Of a stretch of DNA of 64,000 nt, positions 42,425-55,877 are shown one piece after another (the stretch's first letter is position 1; each line of letters opens with the position of its first letter). The stretch comes from Octopus vulgaris (taxonomy: Eukaryota): contig OX597827.1 of assembly GCA_951406725.2 (NCBI GenBank), forward strand, positions 59,086,001 to 59,150,000. The letters run 5' to 3'. The position numbers were made by a program, and so were the translations under genes. Under the pieces are notes generated by a model. That model saw only the letters and a program-made list of their open reading frames with translations. It ran no database searches and was not told the DNA's origin.

Positions 42425-43326
42425 CTGAAAAAGTAGAACAAACCAAAGTGATCATGAAATTGAACATTGAAAGCTGAATATAGTGTTCGTGAATGTAAAA
42501 GAAAACAAAAGAACTACTTAATCACAGATGTTGCATGGCCCAATGATGATAGTATCGGGAAGAGAAGCTACTGTCTTAAGACTAATCTTCCTCCGAGTCG
42601 TATTTGCTTTATGGATGATGGTAGTCTCTCTCGAGCTGCTACCTCGTGGCGCATCTCCGCTATACTTGAACGGGCAAGATTGACTCACTCCACTGGACTA
42701 CTGCCGATAAGCTCCTAGGTTGCCGATTCGCCCAGAGGAAGGAAATGTTTGTATTGCGAATCAAAGAATAAATATTTATACTGTTGAAGTTAACGGAAAA
42801 TCTTGACTCTTTCTTCAATTAATATTAAATGTAAAGGATGCAAGCAGTACCCATCCAGTGCGGGAATCCCTCATCTTGTTACAGGCTATTCGGTAGATTA
42901 CATTCATATACATCGCCGGGCAGGTAATTATAACAGTTGAGCAGCACACACTCATCAGCATGATTTAACGTCCGTTTACCATGCTAGCATGAATGGGACG
43001 GAAGCCCAGGAATCGCATTAGGACTAAAGGATTTCAGTAAATAAGAACTGTCATGGGCAGTTGACAGTGTTGATCGACCGTATTGGTTAGTGTTAGTGCG
43101 ACGTGTGTTGGTTTAATACCGTACCTACGTTTGAATAGTACGAAGTGCGTTCTGTATGAACATAGTAATTCTGTGATAGGTTATTCTAGATAACCACATT
43201 CCAAATATTGATGCTATTTTACACCCGGCGTGTACACGCACGTTATAACACAAACCATGTACAAATAGTAAGTAAAGAAGAGAAGAAATAAAATACAGTT
43301 TAGTATTAATAAAAAGTTTGACTCAC

Positions 43327-43371
43327 CCCAGAACATCCAGAAATTGTTGCTGGCATCACAATAGCACATAG
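43327..43371 (-). CDS. Ferritin gene B, B-C loop microexon b (LCAIVMPATISGCSG, 45 nt)
   Basis: ctttttttcttttataaatttccag / GGG|gtgagt; phase 0-0. Confidence 0.8.
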
Positions 43372-43454
43372 CTGGAAATTTATAAAAGAAAAAAAAGAGG
43401 CTAATACATAGGACAAAAAATATGCCCTACATACATACATACATACATACATAC

Positions 43455-43485
<31 letters not shown>

Positions 43486-43702
43486 CATACATACATACAT
43501 ACATACATACATGCTGACAGACAGACAGACAGGCACGCAGTCCAGTGGCTGATACAGGTAAGCGATAAAAGATATATCTTTTGCCAACCTTTTACGGAGA
43601 CGTAAACCAAAATGTTGGAGAATGGGTAGATACACGCATATATACACACATGTATGCATACATACAGACAGGCAGACACACATACACACACACATATACA
43701 TG

Positions 43703-43743
<41 letters not shown>

Positions 43744-44273
43744 ATATATATATGTAGAGGCGCAATGGCCCAGTGGTTAGGGCAGCAGACTCGCAGTCGT
43801 AGAATCGCGGTTTCGATTCCCAGACCGGCGTAGTGTTTATTGAGGTTGCACCTGCTGAGGAAGGTCCCTTTGATATGATTAAATACTGTAAGTTTTTGGA
43901 TAATTTTCGGTTAAAAGTTGGCGGTTTTTTTACTGTAGCCAGCGAAGGACTGCGTCTGCGCAGTAAAATTTGAAAAGTTAGTTCGTATAAACACGAGACA
44001 AGTAGTCTTGTTTGTCTCGTGTGGATATGTTTAACCCTATGTTGGACCTGCTGAGGAAAGTCAGACCTTGTGAGTTCCCCTTGACTCGCTAAAAGAAGAT
44101 TAGAAACCAATTGGTCCAGGAAACTAGATGGTAAATGATTTTCATTTCCAAATTTATTCCTGTCGAATTTTATCCCCAATTTTTGTGGTTATAGAACCGA
44201 GCTGTTCTTTCTAGCGTGTAGAATCCCTATAAGTGGTTTCCTTGTGTGTTTAAATATACACTATATCGTATGA

Positions 44274-44347
<74 letters not shown>

Positions 44348-44692
44348 CATTATATTAAGGGTTATTACTACACGTAATGCTTCACATAGTAATAAATAGA
44401 CACGGGACCGAAAGTGGGGGAATTAAACTTGGCAGCCACCTCTTAAAAACAGATTTAGTCGCAAATCATTAATGATTTCAGGGTTAGCGTACATAATAAG
44501 TCTCCAAGCATCAGTGCAAACATAATCAGCACACATAAAAATGAACATCTGTACATACCAAGCTAACAGCAAGCGTATCCTATACGTAGTATATTTAACG
44601 AGAAACAATATATGTTTTGTATTAATTTTTGTTCCTGAACTGGTTTTTCATGCTGGCTACTTGATGAATTCTTATTTAAATTTCATCCTTAT

Positions 44693-44733
<41 letters not shown>

Positions 44734-45057
44734 TTTTCAGATTTCATCAGTATTTTACTGACTCATGTATAATCTAAAAGGTAAAAGAGAGAGTGAAAGA
44801 GGCTGAAGAGGAGAGAGGAAGAATGGCGGACATAGAAAGGAAGTAAGAGAGAATAATCGACCCTATTTATGGACTGGTATTTTGTTTATTAATTCCGGAA
44901 GAAATTGGCCTCAAAGTTGATCTCAGCTAGATTAGAACTCAGAATAGAGAGAGCCGAAACGAATACCGCAAGGCGCTCCACTTGACGTTCTAACGCCCTT
45001 GTTAACTCACTGTCTTTTGGGTTTTACGAATTTGAAGAAAACTGGAATGCTGCTTAC

Positions 45058-45093
45058 ACATTTGTAGGAGAGATGTTTACAAATGGCATCAAC
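45058..45093 (-). CDS. Ferritin gene B, B-C loop microexon a (VDAICKHLSYKC, 36 nt)
   Basis: ttttctctctctctacag / gtaagc; phase 0-0; similar to gene A a1 (IKDICDLFS) and a2 (DCKHL). Confidence 0.85.
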
Positions 45094-46119
45094 CTGTAGA
45101 GAGAGAGAAAAAAAGTATAATTGCGTTAACATCAGAGTATGACAAACATAATCATTTTAACTTAAGTATAATCACGTTAATGTAAATGTTAAACTGGGTC
45201 ATGTTAACATAGGTATTAAACTCAGCCATATTAGCATTAGTGTATAAGCATAATCTCTTGAACAGAAATTTTCTAACGGACTAGTTTCCTAGTTGCAAAA
45301 TCAGTGATGGTATAGCACTGTATTTTCTATATATTGCAAGCGAGGTTGAACTGCGGCCATGCAGCTTAATCGCGCTCTGTATTGGATCTCTTCGATGGTG
45401 AGTACTCACCACTGACGAGATCCAATACAAATCGAAACCACGTGGGCTGGTGGTCTCATAGCTAGGGTGGCAGGAGTTATCTACCGCTTGCAATATATAG
45501 AGAGAGTGCGAGAAGCGCACTAAATAAACCAGCAGGAGGAGTTGTCTTCCTGGGGTTAAATGACAATGTCGTCATCATTAAGGTGGCCATAAACAATACC
45601 ATAATGATTTTAAACCTAAATAAAATCACGTTAACGTGTTATGTGCATCATGCTAACATTAGTGCGTATAGACAATTAAGTTAACGTAAGTTCATTAAAC
45701 ATGATTACTACAACGTAAGTACATAAACAGTCACATTAACATAAGTGCGCCACACATAGACACACTAACATAAGCATAATCAAGAAGACACATTAACTTT
45801 AGTACATAAATAACTGTTAACATAAGTGCATAAGTATAACTGTGTTAAGATAGGTGCATAAACATAATTCTGTAAATAAACAGAATCGGGTTAACATAAA
45901 TTGGTTAACATAATCGTGTACATAAACATAATTGCGTTAACATGAACCACAAGGATTAAAACAATTAACAATTAACACTTGTCTTTTTGTTAATTTTGTA
46001 ATTTCAGTTGCACAGCAGTTTACAGAAGGTGTTACAGGAGTTAGGTAGGAAAAGAGAAGGTGGGGCGCTGTCAGATGTGTTTCTTCTAGAAATACTGTCA
46101 ATATTATAGATAGCACAAT

Positions 46120-46570
46120 GGCGGTGAGCTGGCAGAGTCGTTAGCACGCCGGACAAAGTGCTTAGCAGTATTTCGTCTGCCGCTACGTTCTGAGTTCAAA
46201 TTCCGCCGAGGTCGACTTTGCCTTTCATCCTTTCGGAGTCGATAAATAAAGTACCAGTTGAGTATTGGGGTCGATATGTAAGGCGGTGAGCTGGCAGAAA
46301 CGTTAGCACGCCGGGTGAAATGCTTAGCGGTATTTCGTCTGCCGTTACGTTCTGAGTTCAAATTCCGCTGAGGTCGACTTTGCCTTTCATCCTTTCGGGG
46401 TCGATAAATTAAGTACCAGTTACGCACTGGGGTCGATATAATCGACTTAGTACCTATGTCTGTCCTTGTTTGTCCCCTCTATGTTTAGCCCCTTGTGGGT
46501 AATAAAGAAATAGATATAATCGACTTGCTCTCTTCCTCAAAATTTCTTGCCTTGTGCCCAAATTTTAAAC
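46120..46570 (+). mobile_element. Tandem copies of SINE family C (GGCGGTGAGCTGGCAGAAACGTTAGC head)
   Basis: Same family in tandem at ~55930-56483(-) and 57490-57910(-); single copies near 8470-8675, 12885-13070, 37030-37237, 53840-54005. Confidence 0.8.
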
Positions 46571-46678
46571 CAGTCGATAAAGAGGTATGCAAATCTCAAT
46601 TGTAACTTGGACCTAAGTTCATTGCTATTCTAGCCTTCCTGCTTTCATATAAAAATTCAGTGGGGTAATTTAACTTGC

Positions 46679-46825
46679 CTGGATATTCCTCACTTCCGGT
46701 GTAGTCAGTCGCTTGTTCATGTAAGTCATCAGTTTGTCCGCATGTTCCTTCTCTTCAAGAGACATTTCCATAAAAAATTTGCCGAAACCGCGGAGTGCAA
46801 TTTTGCTGCTTTCGAAAAAATGGCC
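46679..46825 (-). CDS. Ferritin gene B, helix-B exon GHFFESSKIALRGFGKFFMEMSLEEKEHADKLMTYMNKRLTTPEVRNIQ (GC donor)
   Basis: tactttcag acceptor; CAG|GCAAGT donor gives 147 nt, identical to the paralogous exon; EEKEH motif. Confidence 0.93.
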
Positions 46826-47410
46826 CTGAAAGTATATATTTATAAATAAATACATACATACATACATACATACATACATACATACATACATACATACATA
46901 CACACATACACACATACATGCATACATACATGTTTTAATCTTTTCTGCCCATTTTTTCAATGAGCTTGTTAAACTTTTTTATATTCTCAACATACTGTTG
47001 TCACCAAAGACTGTATATTTATATGGATTATAGTACTCTGTGTCAACCAATATTCTGTGCATGTTTGAATATACAGATACAATACCAATATCAATTCCTT
47101 CTGGAAACTATCTTAAGTATGTCCTTGAGAACGATTATTTATGTAATCTTTTTTGCCCAATATTTTAAGGAACTTGTTGAACTTTTTTATGTCCTTAACA
47201 TGTCCCTGTTACCAAAGACTGTATATATATATGTAATGTAGCAATTTGCAACAACCAATAATTAACGCAACCAAACTTCCACATGTTACTTTTGACAATC
47301 TTTTTCCAAAGAGTGAAACCGGTAAAGTAAATAAACATCTTTTAAATTGCATTTTCAAACCTTCTTTCGTATATAATTCCACTCGTGCGGTACCCCACAA
47401 CTCCACTTTG

Positions 47411-47464
<54 letters not shown>

Positions 47465-47489
47465 TTATTTATTTATTTATATATATACC

Positions 47490-47795
47490 CATCATCGACC
47501 CTGTCGCATCATCGACTCCTTCACCTGCACCTCCAGCAATATCATCTATTACATCTCCTGCTCTTTCTCTGCCATTCCCTGTACATCGGACAAACGGGAC
47601 GCCGCTTGGCTGACCGGTTCGCGGAACACCTCCGAGACATCCGCCTCGCCAATGACACACCAGTCTCACGCCATTTCCGCTCCACCGGTCACTCCTTGCA
47701 ACACCTGTCAGTGTTCGGATTCTCCTTGCACAGAGGCCATCCGGATTCCTGCTTGCGCCGTGAACAGGGATTAATCTTCTCTCTTCGCTCTTTTA
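47490..47795 (+). mobile_element. Penelope-like GIY-YIG endonuclease fragment
   Basis: FTCTSSNIIYYISCS / LYIGQTGRRLADRFAEHLRDI...VSRHF across a frameshift. Confidence 0.85.
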
Positions 47796-48284
47796 CGTCC
47801 TTCGTCTTTTCACCCCTACTCTCTTTCCCTCCTCATCCCATCTTTTCCTTCTTCTCCCTTCTTCCCTCTTCTTTTTTCTTCTTTTCAAATTTTGGGTTGG
47901 TAGATACATAGACTCCAAATAGGCACCGCAATTGCTTTTAGCTGTTATTAATGCTGACCAACCTCATAGTGTATTTACTAACCTCACTCAATCTCACATC
48001 AGTAAATTCATGTCTCTATAGAGACTGCATGCTTCCAGTGGAGAAAGTAATGAATTTATAATAAAGGGGAACAGAGATTTATATCCAGTTTTATTCAGCA
48101 GTTAATTACGTTTTTTCATTGAGTATTAGTATTAATGCTTCATGTCAGGCTATCTTAAGTATGTTTTTTACTGTTATTATCATCCCCCTCCCCAACATTG
48201 CTACTTGTACTGCTCTTATTATTGATAATATTGTTAATGATGAGCTATAAGTATATTATTTAATTTGCTAATTTTATTATTAAA

Positions 48285-48680
48285 CTAGCAGTATCGCCCG
48301 GCGTTGCTCGGGTTTGTTTCGACCCTTTAGAATTGAAATTTTTGAAAAGTAAAAATTTTGCATTATGTAGCTTGTTATTCTCTTTAAGTGAACATTTTTC
48401 TGGTTGAAATACACCGAAAAATGGCGACACAGCAGTCAAAAAAATCGTAAAAAATAGGGATTTTCATAGAAAAAAGCACCTTTTTGATGTAAATAATTTT
48501 TGGTCTTAACATGGTCCGATTTGAATTTTATATTCTACGGAATAAAGAGCAAGCCTTCTTCTATCATACTCTCAATTTTTGTCAACTTGCGCCGCAGGGT
48601 CTCGGAGGAGATAGTGTTAGTTGAAGGCTAACAAACCTGACACACACAGACAACTTCAGCTTTATATATATACAGATTAG
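48285..48680 (-). mobile_element. Non-autonomous Helitron-like element
   Basis: Minus-strand 3' end GAGCAACGCCGGGCGATACTGCTAG|T; the same terminus on + at ~63448-63474. Confidence 0.7.
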
Positions 48681-48884
48681 ATTTAAGATTTGTAATGTAC
48701 AAAAGTATAGAGTGACCCATCAGATTAATGTAAATTTTTTATTATAATTGAACATAAAAACAGAATTAAAAGTTATGTATGTATGTATGTATGTATGTAT
48801 GTACGTGCAAGCAAAAACTCGACGTATTCATTGGAAACAGAAATTTGGCGAATCATTTACAACATGCAAAAAGGTGATACTTAC

Positions 48885-48961
48885 ATATGCCTGATAAAAC
48901 AAGCTAGCTTGATTCTCCATTGTTATTTGTTCATTAAGATTTTCACGGTCTGTGCTGGTTA
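48885..48961 (-). CDS. Ferritin gene B, helix-A exon (L)TSTDRENLNEQITMENQASLFYQAY
   Basis: tttgttgttatag / gtaagt; 77 nt phase 1-0; NLNEQI..E.QAS.FY shared with gene A; absent from ORF track. Confidence 0.9.
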
Positions 48962-49006
48962 CTATAACAACAAATACATTCTTTTATTTTACGAAATGAC
49001 AAAAAG

Positions 49007-49330
49007 GGTACTACTTAAGAAGAGTGGTCCCGGTGCGCGTACTCGCGTACTCGCGCAGCCCCGCTAGCTAGTCGGGACTAGTCGATCCTTACTTTGCGTT
49101 TTCGTTTTATTCACTTTGTTTAAAAAAAATTTTTAATTATTTACTTTGTGTTTTTGTGTTTTATTTACTTTGTTTTTTAAAAAAAATTATTTACTTTGTG
49201 TAAAAAAATTATTTTGTGCTTTATTTACTTTGCTAGGTAGTCGTTGTAGGATCGACTAGTAACGACTAGCTAGTGCGGATGCGCGAGTACGCGAGTGCGC
49301 GCACCGGGACCACTATTCTTAAGTAGTACC
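49007..49330. mobile_element. MITE with ~65-bp GC-rich terminal inverted repeats
   Basis: GGTACTACTTAAGAAGAGTGGTCCCGGTGCGCG... / ...CGCGCACCGGGACCACTATTCTTAAGTAGTACC; internal TTATTTACTTTG subrepeats. Confidence 0.85.
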
Positions 49331-49722
49331 GGCAAAAAGCATCGAAAACGTGATTTTAATTTAACAAGAGGACACAAAGGACTTAAAATAAGGGTCAAAC
49401 GAAACGGGAGTTTCCACGTGGCCGCCCGATCTGTCAGAAACAGCAACCAATTCTCAATCAGATAACACAATATACTATTTCAATCAAAGATTGTATTAAG
49501 ATAATCTACCTTTCGATACTCAGTAATGTTTGCTGACTCAGTGATGTACATCAAACCATCACTCGCGATCGTGTGTGGCACGAACATGCTTTTTCTAACT
49601 GTTTCTGTATTCGCAAGTAGACGCAAATATCTTCAAGGCCACCCTCACTCTCGACTCATAGAACAGCCAAGATGGAACAGACAAGATAGAACAGCCAAGA
49701 TGGAACAGCCAGTCCATCAGAT

Positions 49723-50105
49723 GGAAGCACTCCGTCGGTTACGACGATGAGGGTTCCGGTTGATCCGAATCAACGGAACAGCCTGCTCGTGAAACTAACG
49801 TGTAAGTGGCTGAGCACTCCACAGACACGTGTACCCTTAACGTAGTTCTCGGGGATATTCAGCGTGACACAGAGAGTGACAAGGCCGGCCCTTTGAAATA
49901 CAGGTACAACAGAAACAGGAAGTAAGAGTGAGAGAAAGTTGTGGTGAAGAGTACAGCAGGGATCACCACCATCCCCTGCCGGAGCCTCGTGGAGCTTTAG
50001 GTGTTTTCGCTCAATAAACACTCACAACGCCCGGTCTGGGAATCGAAACCGCGATCCTATGACCGCGAGTCCGCTGCCCTAACCACTGGGCCATTGCGCC
50101 TCCAC
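49723..50105 (-). mobile_element. Young SINE family B copy
   Basis: Near-identical to 9146-9539. Confidence 0.88.
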
Positions 50106-50750
50106 AGTCCATCAGAGAGGTATTCATTTACACATGAGTTTGCCTATAACAACAAAAAGTTAAAAATTTTTCTCTTCGCCTGCTCCAGGAACCGAAACCA
50201 CGACCTTGCGATGGTGAATGCAATACCCTGACCACTAAGCCACTTGCCTTTATTGGTGTAAGCAGCCATTTATTTACATGTTAAATCAATGAGCATGTGA
50301 TTCAGTTCATCTAACAAATTAATACTTAATCGTCGGATGTGACGGAGGTCCAATCAGTTTTTTACTTTTGTCACGGGCCTTGGTGTGGCTGTGTGGTTTC
50401 AGGTCTAGGGTTCAGTTCCACTGCACGTCGCCTTGGGCAATTGTTTACTAGTATAGCCCGGGGCCGACCACACCTCTAGAATGAATTTGGTGAACAGAAA
50501 TTTAAACAAGCGCTTTGCATATACGTGTGGGTACTGCGTGTGTTGTGAGTGTGTGCTTTTTGTGTGTGTTTTGTGCGTGTCTGTAGGCGCAGGAGTGGCT
50601 ATGTGGTAGGTAGCTTGCTTACCAACCGCATGGTTCCGGGTTCAGTCTCACTGCGTGGCACATTGGGCAAGTGTCCTCTACTATAGCCTCGGGCCGATTA
50701 AAGCTTTGTGAGTGGATTTGGTAGACGGAAACCAAAAGAAGCCCGTCGTA

Positions 50751-50851
<101 letters not shown>

Positions 50852-51051
50852 ATGTATGTATGTATGTATGTATGTATGTATGTGTGTGTATCGATGATTG
50901 TCCCCCCAACATCGCTTGACAACCGATGCTGGTGTGTTTACGTCCCCGATAGCATTAGTACAAGGCTTACGAAGAATAAGTCCTGGGGTCGATTTGCTCG
51001 ATCGACTAAAGCCGGTGCTCCAGCGTGGCTGCAGTCAAATGACTGAAACAA

Positions 51052-51668
51052 GTATGTGTTTGTTGCTTGTGATGTGTGTGTCTGTTGTGTGTGTATGTAT
51101 GTATGTATGTATGTATGTAAGTGCTGTGTGTGTGTGTGTGTGTGTTGTGTGTGTTTGTTGTGTGTGTGTTTGTTGCGTGTGTATTCTTTTATTCTTTTAC
51201 TTGTTTCAGTCATCTGACTGCGGCCATGCCGGAGCACTACTTTTAGTTGAACAGACCGACCCCAGGACTTATTCTTTGTAAGCCTTGTACTATCAGTCTC
51301 TTTATCCAAACTGCTAAGTTACGGGAGCTTAAACACACCAACACTGGTGTTGAGCGATGCTCACCATCGCTCAACACCAGTGTTGGTGTGTTTAAGCTCC
51401 CGTAACTTAGCAGTTTGGATAAAGAGACTGATAGTACAAGGCTTACAAAGAATAAGTCCTGGGGTCGGTCTGTTCAACTAAAAGTAGTGCTCCGGCATGG
51501 CCGCAGTCAGATGACTGAAACAAGTAAAAGAATAAAAGAATACACACGCAACAAACACACACACAACAAACACACACAACACACACACACACACAGCACT
51601 TACATACATACATACATACATACATACACACACAACAGACACACACATCACACGCAACAAACACATAC
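51052..51668. repeat. ~300-bp-arm near-perfect palindrome (SINE 3' half + microsatellite), 5-nt spacer at 51360-51364
   Basis: ...GGTGTTGAGCGATG-CTCAC-CATCGCTCAACACC...; arms differ by about one substitution and microsatellite length. Confidence 0.92.
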
Positions 51669-51759
51669 ACACAAGCACACACACACGCACGCACACACAC
51701 ACACACACACACAAACTCACAGAAACTCACACACACACACACACAAACTCACAGAAACT

Positions 51760-51803
<44 letters not shown>

Positions 51804-52340
51804 CGAGCAAACCCCCCCACCCGTCCAATAGACGGTGCTGAGTTGTCAAACATTTAAACCAAATTTTCTCAAAACAACTTGTCCGACCGTCCCATAGGCC
51901 TAAATTTGAGACACCAGCAAAAGAAGAAATAAAGATAGACTTTTTTTCTATTCCAAAGGAAAACGATTTTATTCACACAAATATGCAACCGAAGAGTTTA
52001 AAGTACCAGTAATGATAAGGCTGTTGACTGGGAGAATACAAACATGGTTTAAACAGTAAGCTTGGCAGGAAAGAAACGTGCCTTTAAGCAGTACAAAAAC
52101 AACAAAAATGGAAGGTGCAGTTTGTACAGATTGACGAAAGAAAAGCAGGACAAAAACGATGCATACAAATGGGTTAGCTGGAGGTAAATCTAGATGGAAA
52201 AGCATGAATTTGAGAACGTACCTGGGACAATAATAAGTTTATCCGATAAAACATGTAGGAAATCAATTGGGGACGATTTTTGACGAAAAGCAACAACCTA
52301 GGGAACTAAGTAACTAATTTTAAGCTAACTTACTTTACGT

Positions 52341-52685
52341 TCAAGGGCATGGAAAAGCTAGTGGAGCGCAGCCTTGTAAACCACATTCCTTGTTACTCCG
52401 TCTAGAGCGTAGTAGAAAAGGTTTGTCGAACAGCCAACCCTCGAACAGCCCACATACAGTTGTCCGTGCAAAAAGCAGGGAGTGCTGAGGTCCAACCCCA
52501 CGACTTTCAATGACTGCCCCTGTGATTTGGCGAATAGGGAATTGAACGCGTTTCATCGGGTAAGCACAGCCCGATGGAATCAATGGCACGCGGGAAATAA
52601 AAACAACATCCCCTGCTCCTTGACCCGTGATAACTTTTACCTCGAGAACGTCAGCCAAAAGTTGGGTGAGAACCAACAGCTGGGG
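52341..52685 (-). mobile_element. Helitron/PIF1 helicase C-terminal fragment (pseudogenised)
   Basis: GDVVFISRVPLIPS..PMKRVQFPIR, then after a frameshift HGQLYVGCSRVG. Confidence 0.8.
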
Positions 52686-52941
52686 TAGATTTGCTCGACT
52701 AAACCTTTCGAGTCAGTTCTCCAGCATGGCCGCAGTCCAATGACTGTACCAAGTAAAAAAGATAAAAGAGTTTCCTTACATATAAATCAAGAAATAAGTG
52801 GCAGCATGGGCAAGTGTCTTCTTCTATAGCCTTGGGCCGACTAAAGCCTTTGAGTGGATTTGGTAGATGGAAACTGAATGAAACCTGTCATATATATATA
52901 TATATATATATATAATAATAATAATAGTAGTAGTAGTAGTT

Positions 52942-53011
<70 letters not shown>

Positions 53012-54044
53012 GGAAAAATTCAATTTAACAATTTTAAATCAAATTTCACAATATATAATATATGTATATATATTTAGAGAAAAACTTCTATTAAACAATT
53101 CAATAATGAAAGATGTTATTCACACCATAGGGAAAACATATACTATAAAACCCTTATTTTAAAAATCAATGTACTTTATTGATTTTTAAAATAAGGTTTT
53201 TATAGTATATGTTTTTTCTATATGGTGTGAATAACATCTTTCATTATTGAATTGTTTAATAGAGGCTTGTCTCTAAATTATATTCATACACATATGTGTG
53301 TGTGTGTGTGTGTGCTTGTTTGTTGTGTCGGTATTTGTCCCCCCCACCACCACCACCATCGCTTGACAACCGATGCTGGTGTGTTTACGTCCCTGTAACT
53401 TAGCGGTTCGGCAAGAGAGACCGATAGAATAAGTGCTAGGCTTAGAAAAGAACAAGTCCTCTGGGGTCGATTTGTTTCGACTAAAGGCGGTGCTCCAGCA
53501 TTGCCGCAGTCAAATGACTGAAACAAGTAAAAGAGTATAAGAGAAATAACCAGATAAATAAATGAATGTATAGATAAATGAATTAATGAATCAGACACTG
53601 TGGTAACGAGTAGAGATACCAGCCACCACTCCGTTGTTTGCGAAATTCCAGCAGCGCTTTAACTAGTCATTATCGATGTTCGTCCTAAATATTTTGTCGG
53701 TGATCCGTGATGACACATGAGTAACTTCAAACCTTACTTAATGTTAACAATGTGAGTGCAAGGAAAACAGCTTGCCAGCCATGCTAAATACATAGGCTGG
53801 GGCATATACTTTCGTTCCACTACCACAAAGTACGTCTGGCAAAAATGCTTAGTGGCACTTCGTCCGTCTTTTCGCTCTGAGTTCAAATTCCGCCGTGGTC
53901 GACTTTGCCTTCATCCTTTCAGTGTCGATAAATTAAGTACCAGTAAAATACTGGGGTCGATGTAATCGACTAGTCCCCTTCCACCAAATTTCATGTCTCG
54001 TGCTTACACTAGGAAGGATTATTATTATCATCATCATCATCATA

Positions 54045-54100
<56 letters not shown>

Positions 54101-54169
54101 TATTGTTATTATCATTATTATCATTATTATTATCATTATTATTATCATTATTATTATTATTATTCAGTA

Positions 54170-54738
54170 GTTTTATTTTTATAGCGTGCTTTCACTTCAC
54201 TACCGAGCGCAGCTCTGTGTGCCTTGGGTATGTGCAGTGATTTGTTGTGATGCTCTGATGGTTGCTGTATTGAAAGTGTTCTGCGTAGGATGTGTGCAGT
54301 GCCTAGTAGTGCAATTTTCTGTATGTTATATGTGTTTGTACGTCCTGGTGTTTTTGTTATGTATTTGTCTGAATATTTTTTTGTCATGCCTAATGCACAT
54401 ACTATGATAGGAATTGTTTCTGTTTTTAGATTCCACATTCTGGTTACCTCTATTTCCAGGTCTTTGTATTTTGAAAGTTTCTCCATGTCTTTTAGAGACA
54501 CGTTGTCATCTGCTGGTATTGATACATCAATTAAAAAGAATTTTTTTTTTCTTCATGATCTCTGACAACTATATCTGGTCTGTTGGCCTTAATTTCTCTA
54601 TCTGTGTGTATTGACACATCCCAGAGTATGGTTGCTTTCTCATTTTCTGCGACCTTTTCTGGTGCGCGCCTATACCATCTTTTTTCTGTTGTTATTCCAT
54701 AATGTTGGTATAGCTTCCAGTGTATGTAGCTCCCTTTA

Positions 54739-54740
<2 letters not shown>
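54170..54740 (-). mobile_element. R4/Dong-like LINE 3' fragment between (TAA)n/(CAT)n tracts
   Basis: ANRPDI..., EKLSKYKDLEIEVTRMW, IPIIVCALG, IQKIALLGTAHILRRTLS. Confidence 0.8.
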
Positions 54741-54800
<60 letters not shown>

Positions 54801-54860
54801 GTATTATCATCATCATCATCATCATTATTATTATTGCTATTATCATTATTATTATTATTA

Positions 54861-54975
<115 letters not shown>

Positions 54976-54984
54976 ATTTTAAAA

Positions 54985-55877
54985 AAGGATTGACGTAACT
55001 CTTCTGAAAGGTAAATAGTAAAGATCCATATAATGTCCTATTGCCTCCTTTGCACATAAAGCTTGGACTGATAAAACAGTTTGTAAAGACACTAGGGAAG
55101 AGACATGCCATTAGGTTTAAGTATATTGTAGACAAGTTTTCCAAAATCACACAGGTGATTTTGCCGGACCCCAAATTAGTGAAGTACACAAAGATGTCAA
55201 CTTCAAGACAATACTGGACGAACTGGAACTGCCTGCCTGGAATGCTTTCAATTGGATCTGTGAGAATTTCTTGGGCAACAACAAGGCAATTGTCAACAAG
55301 GATGGCATCAAGAATCTTCTGAAATGTTACTCAGCAATGGGTTGTCACACATCACTGAAAGTTCACTTCTTGGACTCCCATCTGGATTTCTTTGCAGATA
55401 ACCTTGGGGTAGTATCTGGTGAACATGGTGAAAGATTTCACCAGAATATTAGTGTTATGGAGAAACGGTACCAAGGCTTCTGAAATATCAGTATGCTGGC
55501 TGGCTACTGCTACACACTTTAGCATGATCAACCAGATCAGGAACACCGCAGGGAATCCAGATTACAATGTTTCCAACTCTGTTGTTCTAACTTTGCCCGT
55601 TTTGTCTGACTCATGTTTTGTGTATCCACTCTTTGTAGAATGATAATGATGATTTTTAACTCAATAAACTCACTTACTTTCTAAAAAAATGTCCTTATTT
55701 ATTACGTTAATGGTATCATATATACAAAGATGTAAATTTTTGCTTGTATCTACAGAAAAACTGATACGTGCTGCATACAAATGGAGTGAAATTTTGAAAT
55801 CAGCATAAAAAATTAGTCTAAAAATGTTGGTTTGCATTCATAATGAGTATAATACATTTAATTTTGTTGACCAGTGT
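54985..55877 (+). mobile_element. Chapaev3-like (CMC) DNA transposon 3' fragment
   Basis: LPPLHIKLGLIKQFVK, SLKVHFLDSHLDFF, SGEHGERFHQ; terminus ...GACCAGTG. Confidence 0.7.
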
